A stretch of DNA of 64,000 bases from the human T2T-CHM13v2.0 reference genome, Homo sapiens. The stretch lies in NCBI RefSeq assembly GCF_009914755.1, contig NC_060947.1, one strand, 5' to 3'. Within the stretch, counting starts at the first letter, position 1, and each line of letters begins with the position of its first letter. Below, piece after piece: positions 29,101 through 45,693 of the stretch. The notes under the pieces were generated by a model. It was not told the DNA's origin. It saw only the letters and a program-made list of their open reading frames with translations, and made no database searches. Made by a program: the position numbers and the translations under genes.

Positions 29101-30240
29101 GAAGGAACTTCACATAACCACTTCTCTACCCTGAGAAAGCTCCAAATTAGGTAAAACAAAATTAAGCACCTTGTGTCAGTTCTTCAGGGAACCCCCAAAC
29201 AGATCAAAACAGACAAACACTATTCTGCTCTGCTGAAACACTTTCTGCTCTGTTGAAACAATATCTGCTCTTCTCCCTTCAGAACCAGGTGCCCACAATC
29301 AGAATGAAGAATTCTGTCTGAAGATCACTGTCCCACTGAGAAGGAGTGGGGTGGAACAAAAGTAAAATGCCACAAAGCTATCATGTTGTGCTTTCTCCTG
29401 GTTGAGCATTCACTTAGTTGCTGTAAACCTTTCATTATCTTCCAGGGTCCTGAGAAGTTTCATCCTGATTGCTTTTTTCACAGATTTTTCAATGGTTCTG
29501 GGGATATACAGGCCCCTAGATTTCCTTACTCCACCTGTATGACTATTAGGCAGCTCAGGCTGCCATAACAGAGTACCAGAGACTTGGTGGCTTAAACAAC
29601 AAAAAATTAGGATTATTGGATTAGGACTCCACCTTTATGACCTCATTTAAACTTAATTACCTCCTTAAAGATCCTGTCTCCAATTACAGTGACACAGAGG
29701 ATTAGGTCTTCAACAAATGGGTGTGAGGAGAAAGGGACAAATTACATTGTCTTTTTTGCTGACATCATCTTGACTTCATTATTATTATTATTTTTTAATA
29801 AAACGAAAACCTTTCCCAACAATGCTTTACCCTCCTTTGGAAGATTATTGAAGGCTACTTTCAAGGAAGTTTGGAAGAGCTATTATTTGTTTTTCATCCT
29901 TTATATTGAGGACAACAGAAAAGAAGGGAGATGATAAAACATTTGGAATAGTCAAGACAATGCCTGCTATGCTGGTATTTAACAAACTAAACTATTCTGG
30001 GGAGATGTGAAGTGGAGACAGCCAGAGGGAATCTCATTTTGACTCTAGGGTTGCATTGCTCATGATGCCTCTTTGATTTCAGCTATTTCATCAACATAGT
30101 AATTGTATATATTCACCTGAGACCCAAGCATTGCTCATAATTGGGACATATTGCTAGCTGTTTCATGAGAGTTTTGGGATCTATAGTCAAATGTGTATCA
30201 TAAATCCATGGACCCTTCACCAATTTGATGGGCATGTTTC

Positions 30241-30583
<343 letters not shown>

Positions 30584-32103
30584 AGGCATGTTTCATTTTT
30601 AAATCCAATCAGCACTTTTAAAACTGAACCACACTTACAGGACTGATATTTATCCAATTATATATAGATATAGATATTTAAATTTCAAAAGCAAATAGAA
30701 AATTTTAAATTACTCCATAGTCATCAATTTTTTAAAAAAATTATGATTTCACTTCCACCAAAATGTTTGCCTGTGTTCAAAATATTTATTTAATCCATTT
30801 AGGCCAGGAAAGTTTAGCAAGGAAAATGGGTGTAGTCTCAGAATTATATACAAATATGATTTGAGTCTGAATACCTTCATTTCCTTGAACTGAGGGCAGT
30901 ATTCACACTTTATGCTTATAGTTTCAAGTTCAGAGTGTGCAGATGTCTTTGCACATCCATGAGAAAGTAAAATCTTGTGATTCATTTGCAGTCTTGCTGA
31001 TTGACTTTCTTAGGATTCTTTAATTACTGAGATACTCAGTCTCAGAAAGCAATTCTGTAAATCTCCCAAATGGCCACAAATGAATAATCTCATATTAAAG
31101 TATAATAAATATTCATTATCTGCTTTACTTTTTTATGTCCACTATAAAACAGGCTGATGAATAACCCCTGGTTTACCAATAGGAAGTTGACAGCAACCTC
31201 AGTAAGGTCTTACTGGAGAGAAATGAGGGGAAGCAGATGTTGTGGGTTGAGGTGAGGGAGTGAGATGCCTCAAAATGGCTGAGGCTGTGATAGGGAAGAA
31301 AGAGCTTGGCTGGGATTAGGAAGACATGTGCACACCACAAGGATCTGGTTTCATTTTGTTTTTAAATAGAAGCCTGTAAATGTTGTTGATAGGAAGCTAA
31401 TCTACTTCAATTTAGGACTAGCTTCTGCCTTATCCCACAAGATGACCATTAATTCAAGGTTGATGTTGTGTTGTGCTTGTTAATTAGCTTTATGAAGATA
31501 TAAACAACAGAAAGGGACTATAAAACAGGAAAAGGAAAACCAGCAATAATTATCGTGTATCCCTTTTTTCCATGATCATCATCATGAACAGGAAAGCCCC
31601 TTATCGGCCATATCATTTCTTGGGACAGATATTCTGTTTTATTCCGTGACCTATTCCTAATCTCTGTGAGAACCACTTCTATCCACCATGACATTCTCTT
31701 CCACAAACTCCAGAGCAAGCCTCACATCAGGTAACACTGTAAGTTTCTCCACCCAAGAACATCACCCTTTCATTTTACTGTACTGAGCAGTTTAACTCTT
31801 CTCTGACTCAACCTCTAACCCCTAGACCAGGCAGTGCCTTTCAATTCCCAAAAAGTCCATCAAAGTGTCTGCCCTACTAGAAGAGCAGCCTCTCCTCAAA
31901 ACTAATTCCCCAATTCCCAGAGAAATGTGCACACACTGAAGATAGCTTCTGAGGTGTTAGATTTTACAAACCATTTTCTTTTAAAATAATTTCATGCAGA
32001 AGATAAAGGTATTACAAAGAAATCCAAGGTACTCCTGATCCAGATTCATCAACTATTAACATTTTGTCACATTTACGTTGTCATTCTCTCTCTCTCCATA
32101 TGA

Positions 32104-32307
<204 letters not shown>

Positions 32308-34126
32308 TAATTACATTGGGCCCACCCAGATAATCCATGAAAAACTTTCTTTCTCAATAGCCTTAATTTAATTACACCTGCAAAGTCCCTTTAACCGTAT
32401 AAGGTAACATATCCACAGGTTCTAGAGATTAGTACCTAGACATCTTTGGTTGGGGGTAATATTTATCCAACTACAAATGGATATGATAATTTTACATACC
32501 TCATAAGGTGGTTGTGAAAAATAAATGAGACAAAGCACATAAGACATGTGGTGTGTATAAAATGCTTTGTAAATGTCAGCTGTTGTTAATAAGACCAAGT
32601 TGTTTGTAAAAAAAGATTTTTCAAGGAAATAAGCCAATATAATACAGGATGCATACTGAAAAGTTTTAGTTCAAATCAATAACTAGAGATTTCCTCATTT
32701 TTCCTTTATTCTGATGAATTAATGTATACAAGTCATATTTAACATAAAGGGGTAAAATGTAAATCTTCATCGCCAGACATTTTCATTTTCTATTAAGTGA
32801 AATGCCAGTAAAAGCCACATTCTTAATGCCTTTAATTGCCTAGATCAGTACACTAACCCTTCTTCCCCGAATACCTCTTCTTCTACTTTGTTATTTTCTC
32901 TCCCAAACAAGAGATAGAACATTTGGATCCCATTCCAGCAAACTTCTTCAACTTTTATTAACTCTTGAGATTCTGGTGATGAAATAAAAGTGAGTTTCTT
33001 TATACCATGATTTACTGAGAACCCTTCTTGATATAAGCAGTAGAAATACAACTGGAACTGTTTTCCTTAAGCAGAAAGTGGCAGTGGTGGGAATTTATGG
33101 CTTCTGTAGCCAGGTTAAATACAGTGATGTGGCAACCAGGTCCAAGATCTTGCCCAAGATCACTCAAGGTCATCCCAGCTTCAGATCTCCTCGTGGGATT
33201 GCTGAGGCCTTATTGTGACCACATGATAACTCAACTGCTCCTTCTGCCCACTTCTGCTTTCTTATTTTTCATTGCCTTTTACAGCTATTTACCTCTAAGA
33301 ACACTCCCTAATGAAACTCCTGCACACTAAACTCCATCTCAGAATCTGCTTCCCAGGAAACCCAATCTAAAAGAATAATTGAGAGGTCCAAGTATCTCAG
33401 GCAGATCAGACTCAATAATTCAAACACTGTAATCACATCTGTCTCCAGACTTCTCTATCCTTCCCTAAATACTGATTATGATTTTGTTTGTGTTGACATA
33501 ATTTTTATGTAGCTATTTAGCACAAGGTGGTCCAAATGGCCTATGGCAGCATCAGGCATACATCATTCACAAAGAGAGAAAAGCTTGACTTTCTCTTCTC
33601 CAAAGTTCCTAAAACTCCACCCCACCATGCAAAAAACTAATTGGTCTTCCTTGGGTTAAATGCCCACCCCTGGGACAAACACTGAGTCCAGAGGAATGAA
33701 GTCATTGCAGTAGCCATCCTTAGGCAAGGAATGTGGGGCTACACAAATCATAGAAGGATATAGAGTGGGAGCATGATGGTTCTGGAAAGAATAGGATACA
33801 TGGCAGAGATAAAGGGAACAGAAATCCATTTTTCATTAGCACAAGGAATAAAACTCATTAAGAACCTTGGCATAGTAACACATCTCTCTTTCATCAGCAA
33901 TTTCATACATGCACCTTGACGTAATTAGGAACATAATTTTGTGGTTGAAATTTATTTTTATTATTGTGACAGTCTACAACTACTGTATTATTCCATTTCA
34001 GAAATTTTTTGACTATGAGTTTTAACCTACTATGGAAAGCATAATATTGAGGTTTATAATAAAAAATTATATTTGATTTGAAGTAAAAAGGTCCAGAGCA
34101 CATTCTCTCACTAACTGGCTATAATC

Positions 34127-34636
34127 TCAAGAAAGCAACCAAGCTTTTCTGAAACTTAGTTTCCTAAGTAAAATGTGGACCACTGGGGTGGAGCCAAGAT
34201 GGCCGAATAGGAACAGCTCCAGTCTACAGCTCCCAGCGTGAGCGATGCAGAAGACGGATGATTTCTGCATTTCCAACCAAGGTACCGGGTTCATCTCACT
34301 GGGGAGTGTCGGAAAGTGGGTGCAGGACAGTGGGTGCAGTGCACCGAGCGTGAGCCGAAGCAGAGCGAGGCATCGCCTCACCCAGGAAGCACAAGGGGTC
34401 AGGGAATTCCCTTTCCTAGTTAAAGAAAGGGGTGACAGACGGCACCTGGAAAATCGGGTCACTCCCGCCCTAATACTGCGCTTTTCCAACGGTCTTAGCA
34501 AATGGCACACAAGGAGATTATATCCCGCACCTGGCTCAGAGGGTCCTATGCCCACAGAGCCTGGTTCATTGCTAGCACAGCACTCTGAGATCAAACTGCA
34601 AGGCGGCAGTGAGGCTGGGGGAGGGGCGCACGCCAT
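34127..34636 (-). CDS. LINE-1 antisense ORF0, open for 169 codons into the flank
   Basis: ATG at 34636-34634 in a gcaATGG context; the N-terminus MACAPPPASLPPCSLISECCASN matches primate L1 ORF0. Confidence 0.6.
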   Translation of the reverse strand: MACAPPPASLPPCSLISECCASNEPGSVGIGPSEPGAGYNLLVCHLLRPLEKRSIRAGVTRFSRCRLSPLSLTRKGNSLTPCASWVRRCLALLRLTLGALHPLSCTHFPTLPSEMNPVPWLEMQKSSVFCIAHAGSCRLELFLFGHLGSTPVVHILLRKLSFRKAWLLS

Positions 34637-35210
34637 TGCCCAGGCTTGAGTAGGTAAACAAAGTGGCCAGGAAGCTTGAACTGGGTGGAGCCCACCTCAG
34701 CTCAAGGAGGCCTGCCTGCCTCTGTAGACTCCACCACTGGGGGCAGGGCATGGCCAAACAAAAGGCAGCAGTATCCTCTGCAGACTTAAATGTCCCTGTC
34801 TGACAGCTTTGAAGGAGTAGTGGTTCTCCCAGCATGGAATTTGAGATCTGAGAATGGGCAGACTGCCTCCTCAAGTTGGTCCCTGTCCCACAAGTAGCCT
34901 AACTGGGAGGCACCCCCCAGCAGGGGCAGACTGACACCTCACACGGCCGGCTACTCCTCTGGGACAAAACTTCCAGAGGAACAAACAGGCAGCAACATTT
35001 GCTGCTCACCAATATCCATTGTTCTGCAGCCTCCGCTGCTGGTACCCAGGCAAACAGGGTCTGGAGGGGACCTCCAACAAACTCCAACAGACCTGCAGCT
35101 GAGGGTCCTGACTGTTAGAAGGAAAACTAACAAACAGAAAGGACATCCACACCAAAACCCCATCTGTACGTCACCATCATCAAAGACCAAAGGTAGATAA
35201 AACCACAAAG

Positions 35211-36227
35211 ATGGGGAAAAAACAGAGCAGAAAAACTGGAAACTCTAAAAATCAGAGCGCCTCTCCCCCTCCAAAGGGATGCAGCTCCTCACCAGCAATG
35301 GAACAAAGCTGGATGGAGAATGACTTTGACGAGTTGAGAGAAGAAGGCTTCAGACGATCAAACTACTCCAAGCTAAAGGAGGACGTTCGAACCCATGGCA
35401 AAGAAGTTAAAAACCTTGAAAAAAAATTAGACGAATGGCTAACTAGAATAACCAATGCAGAGAAGTCCTTAAAGGACCTGATGGAGCTGAAAACCAAGGC
35501 TCGAGAACTAAGTGAAGAATGCAGAAGCCTCAGGAGCCGATGCGATCAACTGGAAGAAAGGGTATCAGTGATGGAAGATGAAGTGAATGAAATGAAGCGA
35601 GAAGGGAAGTTTAGAGAAAAAAGAATAAAAAGAAATGAACAAAGCCTCCAAGAAATATGGGACTATGTGAAAAGACCAAATCTACGTCTGATTGGTGTAC
35701 CTGAAAGTGACGGGGAGAATGGAACCAAGTTGGAAAACACTCTGCAGGATATCATCCAGGAGAACTTCCCCAATGTAGCAAGGCAGGCCAACATTCAGAT
35801 TCAGGAAATACAGAGAACCCCACAAAGATACTCCTCGAGAAGAGCAACTCCAAGATACATAACTGTCAGATTCACCAAAGTTGAAATGAAGGAAAAAACG
35901 TTAAGGGTAGCCAGAGAGAAAGGTCGGGTTACCCACAAAGGGAAGCCCATCAGACTAACAGCGGATCTCTCAGCAGAAACTCTACAAGCCAGAAGAGAGT
36001 GGGGGCCAATATTCAACATTCTTAAAGAAAAGAATTTTCAACCCAGAATTTCATATCCAGCCAAACTAAGCTTCATAAGTGAAGGAGAAATAAAATACTT
36101 TACAGACAAGCAAATGCTGAGAAACTTTGTCACCACCGGGCCTGCCCTAAAAGAGCTCCTGAAGGAAGCACTAAACATGGAAAGGAACAAATGGTACCAG
36201 CCACTGCAAAAACATGCCAAATTGTAA
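35211..36227 (+). CDS. LINE-1 ORF1p (RNA-binding chaperone), intact 338 aa
   Basis: MGKKQSRKTGNSK...; coiled coil, RRM (RPNLRLIGVPE), ARREWG and YPAKLS motifs present; no stops. Confidence 0.95.
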   Translation: MGKKQSRKTGNSKNQSASPPPKGCSSSPAMEQSWMENDFDELREEGFRRSNYSKLKEDVRTHGKEVKNLEKKLDEWLTRITNAEKSLKDLMELKTKARELSEECRSLRSRCDQLEERVSVMEDEVNEMKREGKFREKRIKRNEQSLQEIWDYVKRPNLRLIGVPESDGENGTKLENTLQDIIQENFPNVARQANIQIQEIQRTPQRYSSRRATPRYITVRFTKVEMKEKTLRVAREKGRVTHKGKPIRLTADLSAETLQARREWGPIFNILKEKNFQPRISYPAKLSFISEGEIKYFTDKQMLRNFVTTGPALKELLKEALNMERNKWYQPLQKHAKL

Positions 36228-36290
36228 AGACCATCAAGGCTAGGAAGAAACCGCATCAACTAACAAACAAAATAACCAGCTAACATCATA

Positions 36291-40120
<3,830 letters not shown>

Positions 40121-43100
40121 ACAATGAGAACACATGGACACAGGAAGGGGAACATCACACTCTGGGGACTGTTGTGGGGTGGGGGGAGTGGGGAGGGATA
40201 GCATTAGGAGATATACCTAATGTCAAATGACGAGTTAATGGGTGCAGCACACCAACATGGCACATGTATACATATGTAACTAACCTGCACGTTGTGCACA
40301 TGTACCCTAAAACTTAAAGTATAATAAAAAAAAATGTGGACCACTGGGCAATCACTGGGCAGTCATAAAGATAAAATAACATATATACATGAAAGTGTTA
40401 CGCATAATGTAAAAAGCTTATAGAAAAAATAATCATTTCTCAGGTATGAAGCTACATTTTAATAACCTGAAAATATTTTAAGTAATACATTTATTATGCA
40501 TATATTTTCAAAGACAAGAATGATGTTATTGATTATGGTAATATGAAGGTTACCTCAGATTGTTACCACTTTCAACCTGCTCACAATGTAAATTCTGTTA
40601 TCAATAACTAATAATAGAAAAGAACATATTATTATATATTCCTGTTAAACTTTTCAAATATAGTACACGTAACTCTGTGAACAAATCTTCCCTCTAGGGC
40701 GTTCCCTAGAAAGTCCTCGATTTAGCTAGCAGTGTTTGCAAGTTTGCATTTTCTCTAACAATTCTTAATCAATCACCATCATCATCATGGTCATATCAAT
40801 TGCTAAACATGTCCTGTGACTATGTGATAGTCCAGGCATCAATCTAAAATCTAAAAAGATTTGTGCTTTACAATCCACAGTGAAAGAATAAACAAGGCAA
40901 TGCTTTAAATAGAGTTTTTTTTTAAATTAATCTTTTCTTTATATCAACTTGGATATAATTAGGCAAAAATTGGGAAAATATGTGTCATATCTAATATCAG
41001 TTTCTCACAGTGCCAAATTAATTAACTAGAATAATGGTGATTAAACTCTATAGACTACTTGATTATTGCAGAGGAATATAATTTTTAATTTAAGCTTTCA
41101 AGAATAAATCTTAGACTGCAAAATCAGGGAATTTTCTGGATTTGGGTCTACTTCTCTTCTCTCATTTTTTTCTCAACCAGAGATGTTTGGGATTTCAATC
41201 ACAAGTGTGAGGATATTGGACATTACTGCATAATGGGTATGGTGAGTACTTCCTTATGTTCACCACAGTCTAGTTTGCTACTAACAGCTTAGGAGAGAAT
41301 GAAAGCCAATGAGGGTGGGAGAAGATAAACTGTTAGCTAATGCATACAGGTTCAGTTTTCTTCATCTCCATGTCTAGTCAATGCCTTTCAACTAATACCT
41401 GTTACTCTTTCATCAAACTTTCTGCCTGCCTTTCTAAGAGCAGTGCACATTACATTTTACTTAGCCAGTGTTCTCAAAAGGGAAGTTAGTAACTTTCTGT
41501 AAAAGAAAGACTTTACTCTTCATTGCAACTGATCTCTCTCTCTCCCACTGTAAAACTGATTGAGGTGCTTAAGGTTCTCAAGAAATTGCTACTCATAGCC
41601 CTGTGATTACTTTTATAAAGGCGGGGGGGAGGGGAAATCAGTAGAATGGAATGGTTGATTACTCAGGGAAAAGATTCTTTCTTTTTTGAATTTTCTTCTC
41701 AAATTATGGAGGGAAGGAAAGGGAGTGGGAAAATGTTCAAGAAATAAGTTTATGTGAAACTGGGAATGTTATTTCCTGGTATATGCAGATTAATGATCCC
41801 TTTGTCATTGCCTCCCCAGCAGAGCACAGGCTTCAGGAGGCAGGTGGAAAAGTATGAGAAAGGCTTGAAAATTTAAGTGGGATAAAGGAAGATGATCCAA
41901 TAGGCAGAGAAAGAGAACAGTGGGGATAAGTACAGAGGAAAAGACTGATGAGTTCCAAGAGCTTATGGTGAAGCAGTCATCTTTGTAGAGGAGTTTGAGA
42001 GTGGCAGAGATGAGGAGAGAAAGTGGATTTTTAAATATGTTTTATTTTTCTTTGGGTATAAAGGCCTCACTTCTTTGAATACATGAAAAAAATAAGTACA
42101 GATATGAGTAACTTTTTTGTTTCAGTCAAAAAACAGAAACCACTGTATTTCAACAGGGGGAATTTCATACCAGGAAATTTGTTACATGGATTATGGAAAA
42201 GTAGAGAATCCCAACATGGGGTGCAGAGGCAACATAATATAAAGATGAACAACTACAGGAAGTGGTTACCACCCTAGGGGTTAGAGGGAAACTAGGAGGT
42301 GGTGGTGTAACTTGAGTTCAGAAGCCAGGGCCACCTGGCAGAATCTTGAGCTACAGTGGTGATGGCTAGGACTAGCTCATGCCACAGGGGGAGAGGCTGA
42401 CTGGTGAAAGTTGGAGCCTCAGTGCAGATGCAGCCCCTTCATGGATGCCACTTAAAGCAGAAAGCTCAGGGAAGAAACACTATGGCTTATCTCCTGCTAT
42501 CCATTCTCCAATTCAGCTAAACATACTAGAAGCCAGAGGGCCAAGGAGCCTGGCAATACAATTTTCTCTGAAACACAGTAGAGCAAGGAAAGTGGGGAAT
42601 AGACCTGAGAGCAAGAGGCAAATAATTGGCACATGTTTTAATTGTCTAAGTGTGTTTCTTTGAATTCATCTCTGTGTGGAACAGAACCACGAGACTAACT
42701 TCTCTTTATGTGGTTTACACATGGTCTAAGAGCCATAGCATTCTAAAAAGTACCTTTCCTTGAATATTAAGAAGTGAAAAACACTACTACTTTGCTAATT
42801 ATCGTAATTACAGAAGCTTCCCAAGTAGTTCATGGACAACAATCAAAAGAGTACTTATGTCTTTTTTTTCCTTCTTTTGTTCCCTTTCACTCCTCCCATT
42901 TCTTTTTTTTTTACCTCCATATTAGCTATAACTGCTGTACAACTACCCTTGTGCAATTAGTCAATATTGATCTCATAATGGGGTTACTATCCTACCTTCC
43001 TGTCTCTTTCATGTCTTGAAGAGTGGGTACCAACAAGGGAAATGATGCTACATTTAGCTTTTGGCATCTACCATATCTGACATATCTTTGTGCTGACCCT

Positions 43101-44587
43101 GTTTACTCACTTAGCATATAGGATGTCATGTTTGCCTGGAAACATGATTGCCATCTAAACATTTTGGTATATTTCTTGTATTTTGTCATGTTTTCCTATA
43201 GTTGTATGTGGAGTGATTTAATGTAGGGTTTTTAGTGTAGGCATAGTAAGGCTTTTTTCTAGTATCTTGGTCAAAAGTATAACCAAATTTCTTGGGTTTT
43301 AAATCCCAACTCTACTATTTGCTAGTTATGTGAACTTGGCCAAGTAACTGAACTGCTCTGGAACTCAGTTTCCTTATCTGTAAATATAATCATAATAATA
43401 GAATCTGCTTTACAGTGGTTGAGTTGTGAGGATCAAATGAATTGATGTGTGTGTGTTTGCATGTGTGTCTATATGTGTAATACACACATATATGCAGTCA
43501 TATCACTTAACTATGGGGGATTTGTTCTGAGAAATGTATCCTTAGGTGATTTTGTTGTTGTGTGAAAATCATAGAGTGTATTTACATAAACCTGATGGTA
43601 TAGTCTACTACACGCCTAGGCTACATGGTATAGCCTATGGCTGCTAGGCTACAAACCTTATCGTTTTTTATTGTACTGAATACTGTCAGAGATTCTAACA
43701 CAATGGTATCTAACCATAGTTAACCATAGAAAATAGACAATAAAAATAAAGTATAAAAGATTAAAAATGGTACACCTGTATAAGGCACTTACCATGAGTA
43801 GAGCTTGGAGAACTAGAAGTTACTCTATGTGTCAGTGAGTGAGTGGTGAATGGATAGGAAGGCCTAGAACATTTTTGTACACTCCTATAGATTTTATGAA
43901 CACTGTACACTTAGGCTATACTAAATATGCAAAACATTTTGTTTTTTCAATAATGAAATAAATTTAGCTTACTGTAACTTTTTATTTATAAACTTTTGCT
44001 TTTTTAATTTCTTGACTCTTTTGTAATAACCCTAAGCTTAAAACAAAAAAAATTTTACAGCTGTACAAAAATGTTTTAATATCCATATCTAGAAGCTTTA
44101 TTCTGTTTTTAAATTTTTTATTTTTATATTTTACCTTTAAAACATTTTTGTTAAAAGCTAAGACACAAACATACACATTAGCCTAGGCCCACACAAAGTC
44201 AGGATCATTAATATCACTGTCTTCCACCTCCACATTTTGCCCCACTGGACAGTCTTCAAGGGCACTAACATGCATGAAGCTGTCATCTATGACAGCAATG
44301 CATTCTTCTGGAATACCTTCTGAAGGACCTGCCTGAGATTCTTTTACAGTTAACTTTTTTATAAGTAGGAGTATACTCTAAAATAATGATTAAAAGTATA
44401 GTCTAGTAAATAAATGAACCAGTAACATAGTCATCTATTTTTACTATCAAGTACTATGTAATGTACATAATTGTATGTGCTATACTTTTACAACTGGCAG
44501 CTCAGTAGGTTTGTTTACACCAGCATTGCCACAAACACATGAGTAATGTGTTATGCTACAATGTCACTAGATGGTAGGAATTTTTCA

Positions 44588-44642
44588 GCACACACACACA
44601 AGTATATATATTATATATTATATTATATATTATATATATATG

Positions 44643-44696
<54 letters not shown>
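44588..44696. repeat. Compound (CA)n-(TA)n-(GA)16 microsatellite
   Basis: Direct read; (GA)16 at 44665-44696. Confidence 0.95.
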
Positions 44697-44701
<5 letters not shown>

Positions 44702-44972
44702 TCTTGCTCTGTCGCCCAGGCTGGGGTGCAATGACACAATCTCGGCTCACTGCAACCTGACTCCCAGGTTCAAGTGATTCTCCTGCCTCAGCCTCCTGAG
44801 TAGCTGGGACTACAGGTGCCCACCACCATGCCCAGCTAATTTTTGTATTTTTAGTAGAGACGGGGTTTCACCATGTTGGCCAGATTGGTCCCAAACTCCT
44901 GACCTCAAGTGATCCACCCCACTCAGCCTCTCAAAGTGCTGGGATTACAGGCGTGAGCCACCGTGCCTGGCC
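44694..44972 (-). mobile_element. AluS element
   Basis: gatggagtcttgctctgtcgcccagg...gagccaccgtgcctggcc. Confidence 0.93.
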
Positions 44973-45056
44973 AACACCATTATAATCTTATGGGACCACT
45001 GTCATACATGTGGTTCATCATTGGCCAAAGCATCTGTATTTATATATGTATGTTTC

Positions 45057-45060
<4 letters not shown>

Positions 45061-45097
<37 letters not shown>
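45061..45097. repeat. (TA)18 microsatellite in the CYBB upstream promoter
   Basis: Perfect TA run ~550-590 nt upstream of the ATG. Confidence 0.97.
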
Positions 45098-45100
<3 letters not shown>

Positions 45101-45509
45101 AGCTATACATGAACATACACACACACATATATAGACATATATAGCACATAAAATTGGCACATATTAAGCATTTTGTAAATATCAACCATTACAATTGTTA
45201 CTACTTTTCTCAGCAAGGCTATGAATGCTGTTCCAGCCTGTCAAAATCACACCTGTTTAATGTGTTTTACCCAGCACGAAGTCATGTCTAGTTGAGTGGC
45301 TTAAAAATTGTGATCAAATAGCTGGTTAGTTAAAAAGTTATTTCACTGTGTAAAATACATCCCTTAAAATGCACTGTTATTTATCTCTTAGTTGTAGAAA
45401 TTGGTTTCATTTTCCACTATGTTTAATTGTGACTGGATCATTATAGACCCTTTTTTTGTAGTTGTTGAGGTTTAAAGATTTAAGTTTGTTATGGATGCAA
45501 GCTTTTCAG

Positions 45510-45648
45510 TTGACCAATGATTATTAGCCAATTTCTGATAAAAGAAAAGGAAACCGATTGCCCCAGGGCTGCTGTTTTCATTTCCTCATTGGAAGAAGAA
45601 GCATAGTATAGAAGAAAGGCAAACACAACACATTCAACCTCTGCCACC
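45510..45648 (+). promoter_or_regulatory. CYBB: CYBB proximal promoter and 5' UTR
   Basis: Duplicated CCAAT (45514-18, 45528-32); GAS/GATA TTCTGATAA (45533-41); ISRE-like GAAAAGGAAACC (45544-55); minus-strand ETS-IRF composite GAGGAAATGAAAA (45575-87); TATA-like TATAGAA (45607-13); Kozak gccaccATGG. Confidence 0.9.
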
Positions 45649-45693
45649 ATGGGGAACTGGGCTGTGAATGAGGGGCTCTCCATTTTTGTCATT
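45649..45693 (+). CDS. CYBB: CYBB exon 1 coding part (c.1-45), MGNWAVNEGLSIFVI
   Basis: Perfect Kozak ATG; donor ATT|gtaagt; N-terminus of gp91-phox/NOX2. Confidence 0.98.

Larger units (their letters stand above)
43495..45036 (+). mobile_element. Tigger3b-like (Golem/MER7) DNA transposon interrupted by an Alu
   Basis: cagtcat...gttctgagaaatg...cctaggctacatggtatagcc at the start; ggaatttttcagc[Alu]ccattataatcttatgggaccac...ctgta at the end. Confidence 0.8.

Noticed and set aside
42155-42166. NF-kB-like gggggaatttca at ~-3.5 kb
   Set aside because: Imperfect 3' half and located in LTR-like sequence; such matches occur by chance in 64 kb.
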